From the NCBI RefSeq assembly GCF_009914755.1, contig NC_060947.1: a stretch of DNA of 64,000 bases. One strand, 5' to 3'. Positions within the stretch are counted from its first letter, which is position 1. Each line of letters begins with the position of its first letter. Under the pieces are notes generated by a model, which saw only the letters and a program-made list of their open reading frames with translations, searched no databases and was not told the origin of the DNA. Origin of the DNA: the human T2T-CHM13v2.0 reference genome, Homo sapiens. Shown in pieces: positions 45,901 through 60,805 of this stretch. The translations under genes were made by a program, and so were the position numbers.

Positions 45901-45979
45901 ATCTATGGCCATACCAACCTGAATGCACCTGATATTGGAAGCTAAACAGGGTCCTGCCTGGTCAGTTCTTGGAAGGGAG
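45901..45979 (+). pseudogene. 5S rRNA pseudogene, 3'-truncated at about nt 89, with a 10-nt internal deletion
   Basis: atctatggccataccaacctgaatgcacctgat-attggaagctaaacagggtcctgcctggtcagttcttggaagggag aligns to 5S GTCTACGGCCATACCACCCTGAACGCGCCCGAT...CTCGGAAGCTAAGCAGGGTCGGGCCTGGTTAGTACTTGGATGGGAG, with CpG decay. Confidence 0.9.
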
Positions 45980-46754
45980 GTAGAAGTGCTTAATAAATGC
46001 TTATTAAATTAATTGCATATCATTTTAGTACAGCAGTCATATTTCAAAATAAGACATTGTGGGAAGTTGACAAATAGAGAGTAACAGTCTGAAAATTACT
46101 GTTCACTGTAAATTTGAGAGGAGAAACAAGGTAAATTAGAATAAGGAGGACACCGGTATTTAACAATATTTCCCAGTCCACACTTTGCTTCTTCAAGGGA
46201 AATGGTGAAATTGGAAACAATTTGTTAATAATGGAGAGGACCTAAACTTATGGACGCCACCAAACCACAAAGGTTTATGGTGAACAGTAAGGACCAAGTC
46301 ATAGGACCTAATGGGAGTGACTGTCTCAATGTGAAATGTAACTAACTGCTGAAACATCTATGTTTAATACCTGAAAAAAAAAATTGCATATTGTCTGCTA
46401 TTAGTTTCATTGAAAAATCTTTGAGTTTTTTAGTAATCTATTAAAGAAAAATCTGTGGAACAAAATCCTGTTTTTAGAGTGTTTAACTTTTACTTATAGT
46501 GACTTATAGGACCTAAGATGCAAGAAAGTATTAAACTAAGGTTTCCTAACAGATTTAAACTTTGAGTTATAATCTAACTTTTTAGAAGCACAGAATGATA
46601 ATATACCAATGTGACAAAATGTTAGTAGAATTGACCTTACTTAAATCTTAGCAGCCTGAGTAAAACTGAGTATACATATTACTACATTATTTTAATAAAA
46701 ATGTTAACTTGTTTGTTCAGCTTGGTTTGGATTTTTTTCATATATAGGATTTCA

Positions 46755-47035
46755 GGCCGGGCGCGGTGGCTCACGCCTGTAATCCCAGCACTTTGGGAGG
46801 CCGAGATGGGCGGATCACGAGGTCAGGAGATCGAGACCATCCTGGCTAACACGGTGAAACCCCATCTCTACTAAAAATACAAAAAAGTAGCCAGGCGTGG
46901 TCGCGGGCACCTGTAGTCCCAGCTACTCAGGAGGCTGAGGCAGGAGAATGGCGTGAACCCAGGAGGTAGAGGCTGCAGTGAGCCGAGATCGCGCCACCGC
47001 ACTCCAGCCTGGGCCACAAAGCAAGACTCCATCTC

Positions 47036-47064
<29 letters not shown>
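46755..47064 (+). mobile_element. Alu (Y/Sc8-like), CpG-rich, long A tail
   Basis: GAGATCGAGACCATCCTGGCTAACACGG and GAATGGCGTGAACCC. TSD AGGA(T/C)TTCA. Confidence 0.95.
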
Positions 47065-47066
<2 letters not shown>

Positions 47067-47319
47067 ACTTCAAGTAACTTAAACAATTTTTGCTGAACGA
47101 ATTGTACTCTATCAATAGCAACACCATAAATATGTTATAAAATTTAGGGGAACGTTGTTAAATGTTAGGGAATCAAATACATATTTATCTACATAAATTT
47201 TCCAGTCTGTAAGACTTCTTTCTTCCTCACTCTCACCAAGTCAGTCCTAATTTTTCTAAACAAATGACTGTCTTTAAAATAAGAGAAAAAATAAGAGGTC
47301 TAAAACAGTCACAGAATTT

Positions 47320-47452
47320 TTTTTTATTATTATTTTTATTTTTGGTAAGAACACTTAACATGAGATCTACCCTCTTAAATTTTTAAGTGTGTAATACATT
47401 ATTATTGACTATAATTACAGTGTTGTACAGCAGATCTCTAGAGCTTATTCAT
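47320..47452 (-). mobile_element. L1MA/L1MB extreme 3' fragment
   Basis: ggtaagaacacttaacatgagatctaccctctta...gtgttgtacagcagatctctagagcttattcatc. Confidence 0.8.
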
Positions 47453-48404
47453 CAGTTAAGGAAGATAAGCTCAGGAAAATGTATTTTTAATGTGAAATGT
47501 CAAAAGGACTTAGGAAAGAAAGTCATGTTTTCTTCTTGCTGTTCAGTAATCTAGTCATTACCAAACAATGTTATCAATGCATAACATATAAACATTTCAT
47601 AATTCATTTTCATTTCTAGAGGAAACTAGTGAGTAAAAACAATATCTTCAGGTAGCAGTGAAAGGAAGCAGAGATCATGGCCGTTTGGATTTGAGTGAAT
47701 TCTTTCAACACAAATCAATGATTTTATAGACATATATAGGTTTTTGTCAGGGTTCCTTAGCTTTTGCATCTCAAAATCTATTTTTGCTAGGGAACTGTAT
47801 AATAGCTCATCTGTCTTACCCTCCTTGTCTCAGAGCCCAGGCTTCTGTGCCTTTTCCAATCTGAAAAGCCTCCTCCTTGTCTCTGTCCTTTTGAGCCTCA
47901 TGTATCTTTTTAAAGGCCCACTTTAAATTCCACCACTCTATAAAAAGCTTCTCCAACTATTCTACCTTTCAATGGCTTCTCAGTTTCCTCCATAATACTT
48001 TGAACCTTTTAGCTGATCCTGTACTCTCTTGCACTACAGTGTAAAGGTTTCTGTATTTATGGCTGCATACTGGCATGATGCTTTCTCAGTTATGTATGAT
48101 ATCATTAGTCTGCTTTTTCAGGACAAAATCTGTGTCACAGTGTTACAGACAAAATCTATAACACAGTGTCGGCATAATAAATTCAGCTCAGTGAATGCTT
48201 ATTAAACATTAACGTAATCCTTGTTGCTTTCTTTATTCAACCCTACAGTGAAATTTTCTGGGTGCTTGGAGTAACTAAAATATATTTGCAGATATTTAAT
48301 TTCAACTTCTTACACATTAAACAAGTAGAAAACCATGTCTTCAAAAACATATTCTTTAAAAGTGATTGCTTAGGGCAAAAGTAGTCTATGATTTTAGAAT
48401 TCAT

Positions 48405-48585
48405 TATAATAGTTATTCTTAGGGTGGGTTCATGATTGGAATGGAATATGTAGGGGCTTCTGGGGTGTTGGTCATGTTCTGTTTCTTAATCTTGATGCTA
48501 GTTACATGGGTGTGTTTAGTTTCTGCAGATTGATTCAGGTGGCCACTTATATGCACTTTTCTTAATGTATGTTTTACTTCAACCA
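48405..48585 (+). mobile_element. L1ME-type 3' end fragment
   Basis: ggggcttctggggtgttggtcatgttctgtttcttaatcttgatgctagttacatgggtgtgtt...tatgcactttt. Confidence 0.7.
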
Positions 48586-49752
48586 AGCGGTTTTTAAAAG
48601 CCAGTCATTCAGATTTTTAATATGTGTAATATGAATAGTGAGGATGGTACTACATTTTAATTCAGAAGGTCCTCTTGCTTTTACCCATGCTTAGTTATAG
48701 TGATCACATGCATTGTATAAGTGTAAATAGGCAGCTGCTGTCAGAGTTAATCTGATGTTATTCTAAATAATTATTGTTAGGAAGTTGTATGTCTCCTAAA
48801 GATTTTATCCAAACACCTTTTTTTTTTTAGTCTAAGAGTGGATAGGTGTACTTTATTTTAAAAAAAGAAAGAAAAAGAGCCACCAACCACATTATGTACC
48901 ACGTGAAGATCATGGTAATCTATATCATACTTGTCAATATTATGCTGTCTTATATGTCATTGAATCCTTGGCACTTACTGACCTAAAATATTCACCAATA
49001 ACCTGTCGCTGCTGTCATTTTTATTATTTTATCTTTGCTTCAATGTCAGTAAAAAGAATATATAGGAATATTAGTCAGCTTTAGCTCATTGTGGATTTAA
49101 GCTTGTTAGTTAAAAAGTGAATATTCGTATATCAAATGTTCTAATTTGATTGACTCCTGAAGTAAAACACAGGGACATACTTGATACAAGAGGTTGAAGT
49201 ACTGATACTGAGTAGTATTGTCAAGGGGGGAGATGTGAGAGTAAGGGAAGAAGGAAGAAAGACAAATGAAGAAAGAACTAGCTTTCTGCTGCCACAGCAG
49301 AATCATAAGAAAAGCTGGATCATGCCCTGAATGGAGACTCCCTTGTACTACTATGGAAATAGGTGGAATCCAGGAATCAACTTGGTTACCATTATTGTAG
49401 TTTTCATCACCACCAGTCCCTCTGATATATTCATCAATAAGGATGAGCCTGCTTAAGAGATGTAGGGCTTAGGGATTGGGGAGGTTACCAAACAGTATCA
49501 GAGCTACCTGAGCAACACCCCACATTTTCCACTTTTTACACGTTTTGAGTGTAGCTTGAACACAACCAAGTCATGGGCAGTACCATTGCTGTTGTGATTT
49601 CTTGAAATTAACTGGCATCTTTTGCTGGAATTTGGATTCTACAAGTTGATGAGACAAATTTAGCAAATATAACATTTCCTTGTGCCAAAGTTATATGACT
49701 CAAACTCCTTAACAGTATTTTCATGTAAAACGATCAGAGGGGAGGTGGCAGT

Positions 49753-50153
49753 TGTAGCCAGTTTTGCATTGCCATAATAAAATACCACAGATTAGGTAAT
49801 TTCTAAAGAAAAAAATTTATTTCTTACAGTTCTGGAGGCTGGGAAGTCCAATATCAAGGTGCTAGTACCTAGCAAGTGCCTTCTTGCTCTGTCATCCCAT
49901 GGCGGAAGGGTGGAGGGGTAGAAGGGTCAATGAGCATGGATGAGAGAGAAACAAGAGAGAGTACAACTCGCTTTTATAACAAATCTAATCCTGTGATAAC
50001 AAATCCACTCCTGTGATAACCATATTAATCCATTTTTGAGGGCAGAGCCCTCATGACATAATCACCTCTTAAAGGCCCTATTTCTCAACACCTCCATGGT
50101 AGGGATTAATTTTCCAACTCATGAACTTTGGGGGACACATTCAAACAACAGCA
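49753..50153 (-). mobile_element. MST-type MaLR solo LTR (about 400 bp)
   Basis: TG...CA ends; tttatttcttacagttctggaggctgggaagtccaatatcaaggtg...gagggcagagccctcatgac...tttgggggacacattcaaac. I could not recover a TSD. Confidence 0.88.
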
Positions 50154-50289
50154 CTGGCATTTTAAGTTTAAGATTCATTGAAGTAGTGAGGAGAAAACCC
50201 TGACTTCTACTGGAAACTAGTAGCTCTGTGGCAAAAGATTCTGGTATAGTCATAATCTGAAAGATGTATTCACTGGAAATAATATGTCC

Positions 50290-50520
50290 AGGGATGAGAA
50301 TCAGGACACACACATTTGAGTTCCAGCTTTGTTACCAGCTACTTTTTTGGACATAGTTTGGCCATATAACCTCTCAGTGCCTATTTCCTCATTTGTACAA
50401 AAATTTTCTTAATTTGAAAAATAGCAATGGTAATATCTAGGCTACTTATCCCTCAAGGTGGTTATGCAAGTAAAATTAGATATGCAATATGAAAATGCCA
50501 TATGAAAAAGGTGTTACATA
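50290..50520 (+). mobile_element. MIR
   Basis: gaatcaggacac...gagttccagctttgttaccagct...aacctctcagtgcctatttcctcatttgta. Confidence 0.65.
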
Positions 50521-50615
50521 TAAAAAATTATTATTCAAGCTAGTATGAGGATATTAATTCCAGTTGATTTTGATTAGATTTTGTTTATTCAGTCCAGTTT
50601 AAAAAATGAAGGTCA

Positions 50616-50922
<307 letters not shown>

Positions 50923-52535
50923 AAAAAATGAAGGTTAGAATTCACAAGTTAAAATATAAAGCTTTCTGAAATGATGTATGATTTTATTAATTTTAGTTTT
51001 TCTACATATTCTTTTACTCTTTTCCATTTTGGACACTTTTAAAAATAAGACTAAAAACATAATCATGAGGGCTCATGTTATTTTAAATGACATCTCTAAG
51101 CTTTCATGGAAGAATCATTGTCCCCCATTTAAAGGTTGATCATAAAATTTCCAATATCCTATTTTGTTAGGATATCTTTTTCCTTAGCATGTATAAACAT
51201 GGAAGAAAAGATAAAGCATATAGTATTAACTGAATAGCCTAAGTAATTGATAGTAAAATTTAGGGGCAAATAAAAAAGGTATGAATATAAAAGATTATTA
51301 TAGTAACTAATAAAGATGATAAATAAGTAGAAAGCCAGGTCTTCAAAAAAATTTTCTTTTATGTGCATTTTAAAGGAGTAGATTCTGCTTGAATTTGTAG
51401 CAGAAAACCTGAAGCTAATGTTTATGCTCGGCACTGTTTCTTAATTATGCATTTGCTGATACCTAATAGTGATTATAGTAACCACTATCATTTATAAAGG
51501 GCTAAGTGCCAGGAATTATATTAAGCATGGTTTTATAGAAAAGGAGACTGAGGCTCAGAAACGTGAAGTAAAGTGCACAAGATCACACAATGAATAAGAG
51601 CGAATATTTTTTCTACTTCCGTGTCTCTTGTTCTTTCCACTATAACATGGACAATAATATCAAAAACATAATTCAAAAGGATATAAAATATGAAAATTTT
51701 AGTTATAAATTTAATATAAACTGATAAAGCAGTATAAACCTTGGTAATGTCCATATTTTAATGGGAAGGTCAATTATTATAATTAGAAATATCTAATCAC
51801 ATCATATAAATACTGCTTTGTTCTAAAACTTCAGTAAACTCTTAAATATATAAAAGTGCTATCTTTAGAATTTAGGGTTTTACTCAATTGATTTTTCCTT
51901 CTACGTGTCCACAGAGAATAGTAACATACACTGTGATGAGGAGAAAGAATAATCATCTCTGTTGCACACCCTTTTTGAGGGGTGTGGTCCTCAACTAACC
52001 ACATCTTTATTTAACGCTATTCGTATGAGGAACTGCGGCTGCTAAATTGTTCATTTGTATCCCTTGGTTTAAATGTGTCAGTTTTCTTCAGTTATCTATT
52101 CTCTGGAAGTAAGTGTATGCTTTAAATTAATCTGTGCACTTATTCATGTATCTTTTACCATTAGAAAACACACTGAATAGATATTCTTCGGAGGAAAATG
52201 AATTGTTGATATCTCAGCTTACTCAGAAATTCAGTAGAAATGATTCTTAACTCTTAAATGGGAAAATGGCACATGGATAGAACATTTTCGTAGGAAAAAC
52301 ATTCCAAACGTATTTAGCCTCACCAGTAATGGAAGAAGTGCACATGAAACAATAAAATATAAGTTTCAGCTATCAATTTGGTAAAGGTTAAAAAAATCAA
52401 ACTATATCGTATTCTCAGCAGTAGTACAGGTGGTATAGGTGAGATGCTTATGTATTAATTATTTGCTTCTCTATATAAATTATTGATTATCACAAAATCC
52501 CATACATAACTATTTGGAGATTAACATGTGAAATA

Positions 52536-52942
<407 letters not shown>

Positions 52943-54237
52943 TTACCTTGTGAATCTTTGCTACAATAACTTGTAGTCAGAAGTCTGAGAATATTGGCAT
53001 CCTTATGAAAAATGCACTGAGGAAAACAGACACCATTTTTGCAGCTTTGAGACTCTGCTATGTGCGTCTCACCATACTTCTTGGTAATAAAAGTCTCTTT
53101 AAAACACACTCAAAATACCTACTTGTAACTAGCAGCTTTTTTTTAAAGAAGGAAGACTGATGTATATGGCTGTATTTTTATTATATTTGCATGCACTGAA
53201 ATATAATTATTCTGAAGGGAATTAAAACAGGCAAGTGATTTCAGGAAGTGGATAGAGTTTAAACATGGGACAGATCAAATGTATAGGAAACAAGTGGTTT
53301 GTGGTAATGATTGGTGTTACATCTTTCAAGGCCTGATACCATTGACATGTGGCGGTGAGCAGCATATCTCTGACACTTTTGCACAGTTAGCAATGATGTT
53401 AGACAGCAGTTCTTCCTGAAATAAGTGAGCCAAATGCCAGTGCAGCTAATTGGTTTACTTGGGAAATGCTATTCACCAATATAAAGCCTAGAAAAGTGAA
53501 ATTTCAGTATGCACCTTATAAACTCCATCGGCATGTAGATAACCAACTAATTTTGAGTTACAGTTGGTCCAGTACCAGAAGTATTGTATGGTTTATCTGA
53601 AGGGACTATACAGAATTCATCACTGATATTTAAATTTTTCTCTATGATTGTTTTATGAAAGCAGCAAGGCAGGTTATAGAATTCTCCGTATTGACAGATC
53701 TTTAATAAATAAACTTTAATAAATGAATCAATAATTGGCATAGAATTAACCTCCAGAAAGACACATATTGCTTAGCCTTAAAAGACATTTTTGAAAAAAT
53801 GATTTACGGATACAATTTTAACTCTTTCATTGTACTGTCAAACCTTATTTTATAATTAAAATCCTCCATGATCTGGAATCTCCCTTTTATTAACAGTGGC
53901 TAAGGAGCCATAGCAGTGAGACTAGAAAGGAGAGAAAAGATTCTGGAAAATGTGGGACTTAAATATGTGTGCATTGTGACATAAGTAGTGGATGAGGGAA
54001 CCACCGATGGGGAGAAAAATTGCAAAAACAAGAGTAATATTTGTATGCAGATATCCACCTATACAATATATGTGATAATTTGAAATTACCTATATCTTTT
54101 TTTTTAACCACACATGATTCCCTGAGTAGATTTCATTTCTAGTATCAGCAGTGTCATACTATGAACGCTCAAAAGTAAAAGTTTTAGAATAAGCTGTAAT
54201 TTCAGATCCAATAATCTCAGTTAAATTTGGAAGAAAG

Positions 54238-55056
<819 letters not shown>

Positions 55057-57224
55057 GAAGTACATAGAAAGGAAATGTTTATTCTGTCAGTCCAGATTTC
55101 AAAACAAAGTGTCTAGCAGAATCAAACCATTATCATATTTGTATTTTGTGTTCTGTCTATATTTCTGTTCTCAAAACTAATTATGGCATTTGATATAGTT
55201 AGCGCAGAAAAGTATACGCCGAGCCTTACTCTGATGTTAAATGCTTGTGGAGTTCAAATATTTTGTAAAATACTATTTACCTTTCTACAGATATTAATCA
55301 AGGTAGAATTACCTCTCTCTAAATACAGTCTTGTCTGAAGTAAAATCCCAGTCAGTTTATTATATATCAAAAGAAGTAAACAGCTTTTTTGCTTGCTTCT
55401 CTAAGAACCATAATCAGTTAGTCATCTTCATTCTATTGCCTTAGTCTGGTCTTCCATGATCTTAAAAAATGGGAAATGACTGTGATTAATGAAGCTATTT
55501 GGACGATGATATTTAAGATGATAATTGCATTTAAATGTTATATTGTTTAAATTATATGCAAATATCTGAGATCAAAGGAAACATAAAGAGCTCTATTGTC
55601 CCATAAGTAGTTTCCAAATTCTGCTAGAAACAGTTAATATGTTTGATCGGTTCTATTGTCTTGTCCAGATTCTTGAATTCTGTTTGTGCAAACTGGACTT
55701 GAGGGGAGTATCTACAGACAGAGCAGCATTTCTATCACTCCTCGGCAGTGTTCTCTTCAACAGTGCTTATTGCCAGCTATCGAAATGTGCAGTGTGTGTA
55801 TGACTAAGAGTGGATGAGTACTGTAACACCTTAATTACAAAATAAATAGTGACTGTCACTGTTGCTTTTTATAGAGCTTTCTGACTCAAGTGCTTGGTTT
55901 CCTCTGATTTTTTAATTATTTGCATGAAAGAAAAAAGAAATCACTCCTTTGACATTCGATGGAGGGAAAAGGAAGAGCTAATTAAACTGTTGTGGAACAT
56001 TATTATCCTCTTTAGTTTTACACTGACAATTCTAATGCAGAGTCACTTTAAATGGCTTTGCAAATCGGAATTTGCTGGGCCCTTTATTATTTCTCCAAAT
56101 TCACTGAACAAGTCCATTCACAGGGATATTGAAAATGCAAAGTAAGTCCAGACTGAAATATCATTTATTTCATGAAACATTCATTAGCACTTTCAGTAGC
56201 TGAAGATAAAGGAAAAAATGTTTCACAGGGAGTCATGAGAGATTAATATATACAGATTTTTAAAAACAAAACACAGAAGTTTGAAAAACCATCAGGTATT
56301 GCTTTGAAAGGAATATAGAGTTATATGGATTTTGAATGTGTTGAAAAATGGCTTAAATGTACTGAGCTATTCACAGCCCTTGGCTTTTACTTTTTATGTG
56401 AGTTATATCTGAACAAAAATTTTATTATAGTCAGTGTTGTTCATGCTGCTATAGTTAAGGTTGTCAGCATTTCCATTACAAACCCACTATTTCAGTTGGG
56501 GTTCATAACTCAGCTTTAGAAGTCACCCTGGGCTAAAGGTTGGCAAATGCCTTTTCAACCTGTGGTGGTAATGATGGGTATGAGTGTGGTTAAATATGTA
56601 GTAAACATTTAAATTAACATATATTACTTCTTATGTTATGAAATATTTTAATTGAATAATATATTATGGTTCTCTGATTATAGAAACTGTCTGAGGAATG
56701 TTAGCTTTGTCAGTATAATTGATTCAGGGTTAAAGAAAACTTTTTTTCAATCTAATTAGTCCTTGTAGCCAAGAAACTCTGAACATATCTTGGAGCCATT
56801 AGCCAAACACTTCCTGCTACCAATGAGCGATGGCTTGTAAAAGGCACTCAGTAATATACTAACATTACTGCCAAACAACTGGTTAATTCTGTCCAAAGAT
56901 TAGTGTGTGCCACGAGGATTGAAAAGTTAAACTGACAAGTTTGAGATTTTGCATACAACCATAGCCACATACGCAGGTAGGTAACAGATTTTTTAAAATG
57001 AAAATCGGTTTCTTTTGAATTAATCTCATTTTTCTGGTTATAAAATTAATTATTTTTCCTAGTTATGAAAATTAAAATATTTTAGATTACTTAGTAAAAA
57101 CGGAAAAATTAAAACAGAGTAAAGAATAAAATAAATTACCTATAATTTCTCAAACCAGTAATAACGACTGGTAACATGTTGATGAATGTCCTTCTGATCT
57201 TTATATTATACATAAACACAGATA

Positions 57225-57839
57225 TGCTACAGGACTGCCAGCTTCATATGCCCACTGTGCAGCAGCAGACCAATACACTGACTGCGGGGTTGCAGCAGAG
57301 GAGTTTAATCACAAGGCGCCAAGCAAGGAAATGGGAGGAATTCTCAAGCCTTGAATTTGTTTCCTTGAGGGATTCTGGGCAAGGGTGTTTAAGGGGATTC
57401 ATAAAAGACGGGGGCGGGGCGGGGTGGGGGCTGGAAAATTTGGTGTTGTGATCAGTGGGGGCAGGGAGGATGAAATCATAAGGATGTGTAACTGCTTTTC
57501 TCCAAGAGTCAGCTTCTTACTGGGTCCACCAGACCAGCTTGATTCCCTAGTTTTGTTGATATGCAGAACCTCCTAAAGAAGCATCTCAGACAAAAGGCTT
57601 ATCTTCTCACAATGTCTGAGATTTTATCTATAGAACCGGAAGAGAACAGAGAATCTTGTGACAAAGGCTATGTTATCCTGGGGTGGTAAGTAGAAACCAG
57701 TTACAAGGAAGTGGGCCAAAGGGCAAGCTGGCTTAATGATTGCTGCTGCAAACCTAGTTGGATTTTATTTTATTTTATCTTATTATTTTATTTTATTTTT
57801 CTTAAACAATTTCATTAAATTATCTTGGGAACAGTGTCA
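57225..57839. mobile_element. ERV1-class solo LTR, 615 bp (MER31/MER67-like, family uncertain)
   Basis: TG...CA ends with a perfect 4-bp TSD GATA (57221-57224, 57840-57843). Text cagaccaatacactga...gcagcagaggagtttaatc resembles reverse ERV1 LTRs. Confidence 0.8.
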
Positions 57840-58668
57840 GATATATATATATTGCTAAGGCATACTTTCTCTGGCTGCCCAGTATCCCACTGTATGAAAT
57901 GTTTAACTTATCACCTACTGTCGTGGATTTCGAAATCTGGTTAATGATTTATCTTAGTTAATCTTAGTTACTTTGGAATAAAAATCTGATGAAACCTTTC
58001 AGCAGCTAGAGTTTGCTCAGGATCTTGGTCTTAAGTCTGGTTTTAGCCATTTTTAGGTATGCTAGTTACTGTATCCTCCAAATGTTAATAATTTATAATT
58101 TTGATTCCAAAAATAGATTAAACACATAGAATTTATTATATATTGATCACAGAGAGATACCATATACCAAACACTTAAATTCCATTGGCATGGTTACATA
58201 TTGAAGCTTTTAGTGTAAATGGAGCAGACTTTAAAAATTAATAAATTTGGAACATATGGAATGATCATTTCCTTTGAATTCTTCTTATTTTAACTTGAAG
58301 AGCAAGGGAAAAACTTTCTTGCAAACCACATTTTTCCCTTTAAGGTTTTTGTTTTTTGTTTTTTTGTTTTTTTTTTTTTTTTTCCTCCCTAGGGAGGATA
58401 TAGTGGCGGGATGCAGCCGGGGACTCTCTGTAGGAACAGAATATTATTTAATACAGAATTCCATGATCCGAAAGACCTGGATTTCAATCTCAACTCTGCT
58501 TTCTAGTTATGTATGTGATTTTAGGGAAGGTACATGACTTATGTGAGCCTTACTTTTCTCTTCCTTATGATGTACATAATACTTGGGTCAATGGTGTTAT
58601 AAATATTAGATGGATTATATATAAAAATTTACTTATTTGTTGATTGGCATATAGCTGGTTCCAATTAG

Positions 58669-59022
<354 letters not shown>

Positions 59023-59524
59023 TAGGAAAATTATTCCAGCACTGATATCAAAATATCTTTAAAAGGCAAGCAGTAGCTGGGGGTACATTGCTTTTGTCTT
59101 TCTCTAAAAATCATGATTATCAATAAAAGAAGACTGTCTCATTACCTCTGTTTTAGTTAAGAAGCTGCCAGGGTTTTACCATTATGTTGCAGTTTTTAAT
59201 CTTTAGGACTCATGTTATTCTTTACTTCTGTAACATTATAGTCTCTTCATCTGTAATTTTTATAAGAGATATTTGGAACCTTCTCATTCTGTCCTCCGAA
59301 GTTTAACTTTTCCTTCTTGTATGCATCTCTTAGTATCTCTTTATTATTCCTTTTTATATGACTTCTTAATAGCTCTTCTTAGTATTTCTTCTTAATATCT
59401 CTTAATATTACCTTAATATTATCAATTTCTTGAGAATTATCTTCCAATGCACTAATTCTCTTTTTTTCTCCCCACTAATTCTCTCTTTACCTGTATCTAG
59501 CAATCTTTTCGAATCATCTATTAA

Positions 59525-59760
59525 GAAGCAGTATAGTGTGGTGGTTAAAAGCAAAGACTTCGAAGCCAGACTTCCTAGATTCAAGTCATTTCTCTGCCAC
59601 TTACTAGCTGGGTAATGCTGGTCTAGTTTCTTAACCTCTCTGTGCCACAATTTCTTCATTGTCAAAATGGATATAAGAATAGCATCTGCCTCATAGGTTT
59701 ATTTTAGTATTAAATGAGTGATGAATGAGTTTAGAATAGTACCTGTCATATAGTAAATTT
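59525..59760 (+). mobile_element. MIR, near full length
   Basis: gaagcagtatagtgtggtggttaaaagcaaagacttcgaagccagac...ctctgccacttactagctg...ttcttaacctctctgtgcc. Confidence 0.85.
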
Positions 59761-59782
59761 TGAATTTTTCTGTTTTTATTGA

Positions 59783-60212
<430 letters not shown>

Positions 60213-60479
60213 TGAACATATTTAAAATATTGTTGTTCTGATATTTATTGTTTCTAAGGTATGAATTTCACCCTTTGTTATTTCTGCTGACTTTGTATCA
60301 TAGTGGTTTTTAATGTTCATCTGATTCGCAATTTCTTCACTGAGAGCTCACCTTTAGCAGAAGTTTTCTTTGGAAGTTTCAGATGCTCTGGGTTGTAGAG
60401 GTACCATATGGGATGGTTTCAATTTTTCTGTCTTTCCTAAATTTTACCAGTTTTTACATTAATTTTTATCTTTCTATTC

Positions 60480-60805
60480 TTTTCCTTTCTTTTCTTTTTC
60501 TTTGAGACAGGGTCTCGCTCTGCCACCCAGGCTGGAGTACATTGGTGCAATCATGGCTCACTGCAGCCTCGAACCCCCCTGGTCTCAAGAGATCCTCTAC
60601 CCTTCAGCAACTGCCCCCACCCCTACCTCGCCATAGTGGGGGCTACAAGCACATGGCACCACGCCTGGCTGATTTTTGTATTTTTTTCAGAGCTGGGGTT
60701 TTGCCATCTTGCCCAGGCTAGTCTCGAACTTCTGGGATCAAGCAAACTGCCCACCTTGTCCTCCCAAAGTGCTAGGATTATAGGTGTGAGCCACCAGGCC
60801 TGGCC
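60480..60805 (-). mobile_element. AluJ-type element with a short C-rich insertion in the right arm
   Basis: Reverse dimer ending cctggcc at 60805, with extra caactgcccccacccctacctcgcc near 60608-60632. Confidence 0.88.

Noticed and set aside
55669-56141. Longer cryptic exon from the acceptor ttgtcttgtcCAG at 55668
   Set aside because: It meets a stop within three codons in the DIAPH2 frame, and such acceptor-like sites are frequent; there is no supporting evidence.
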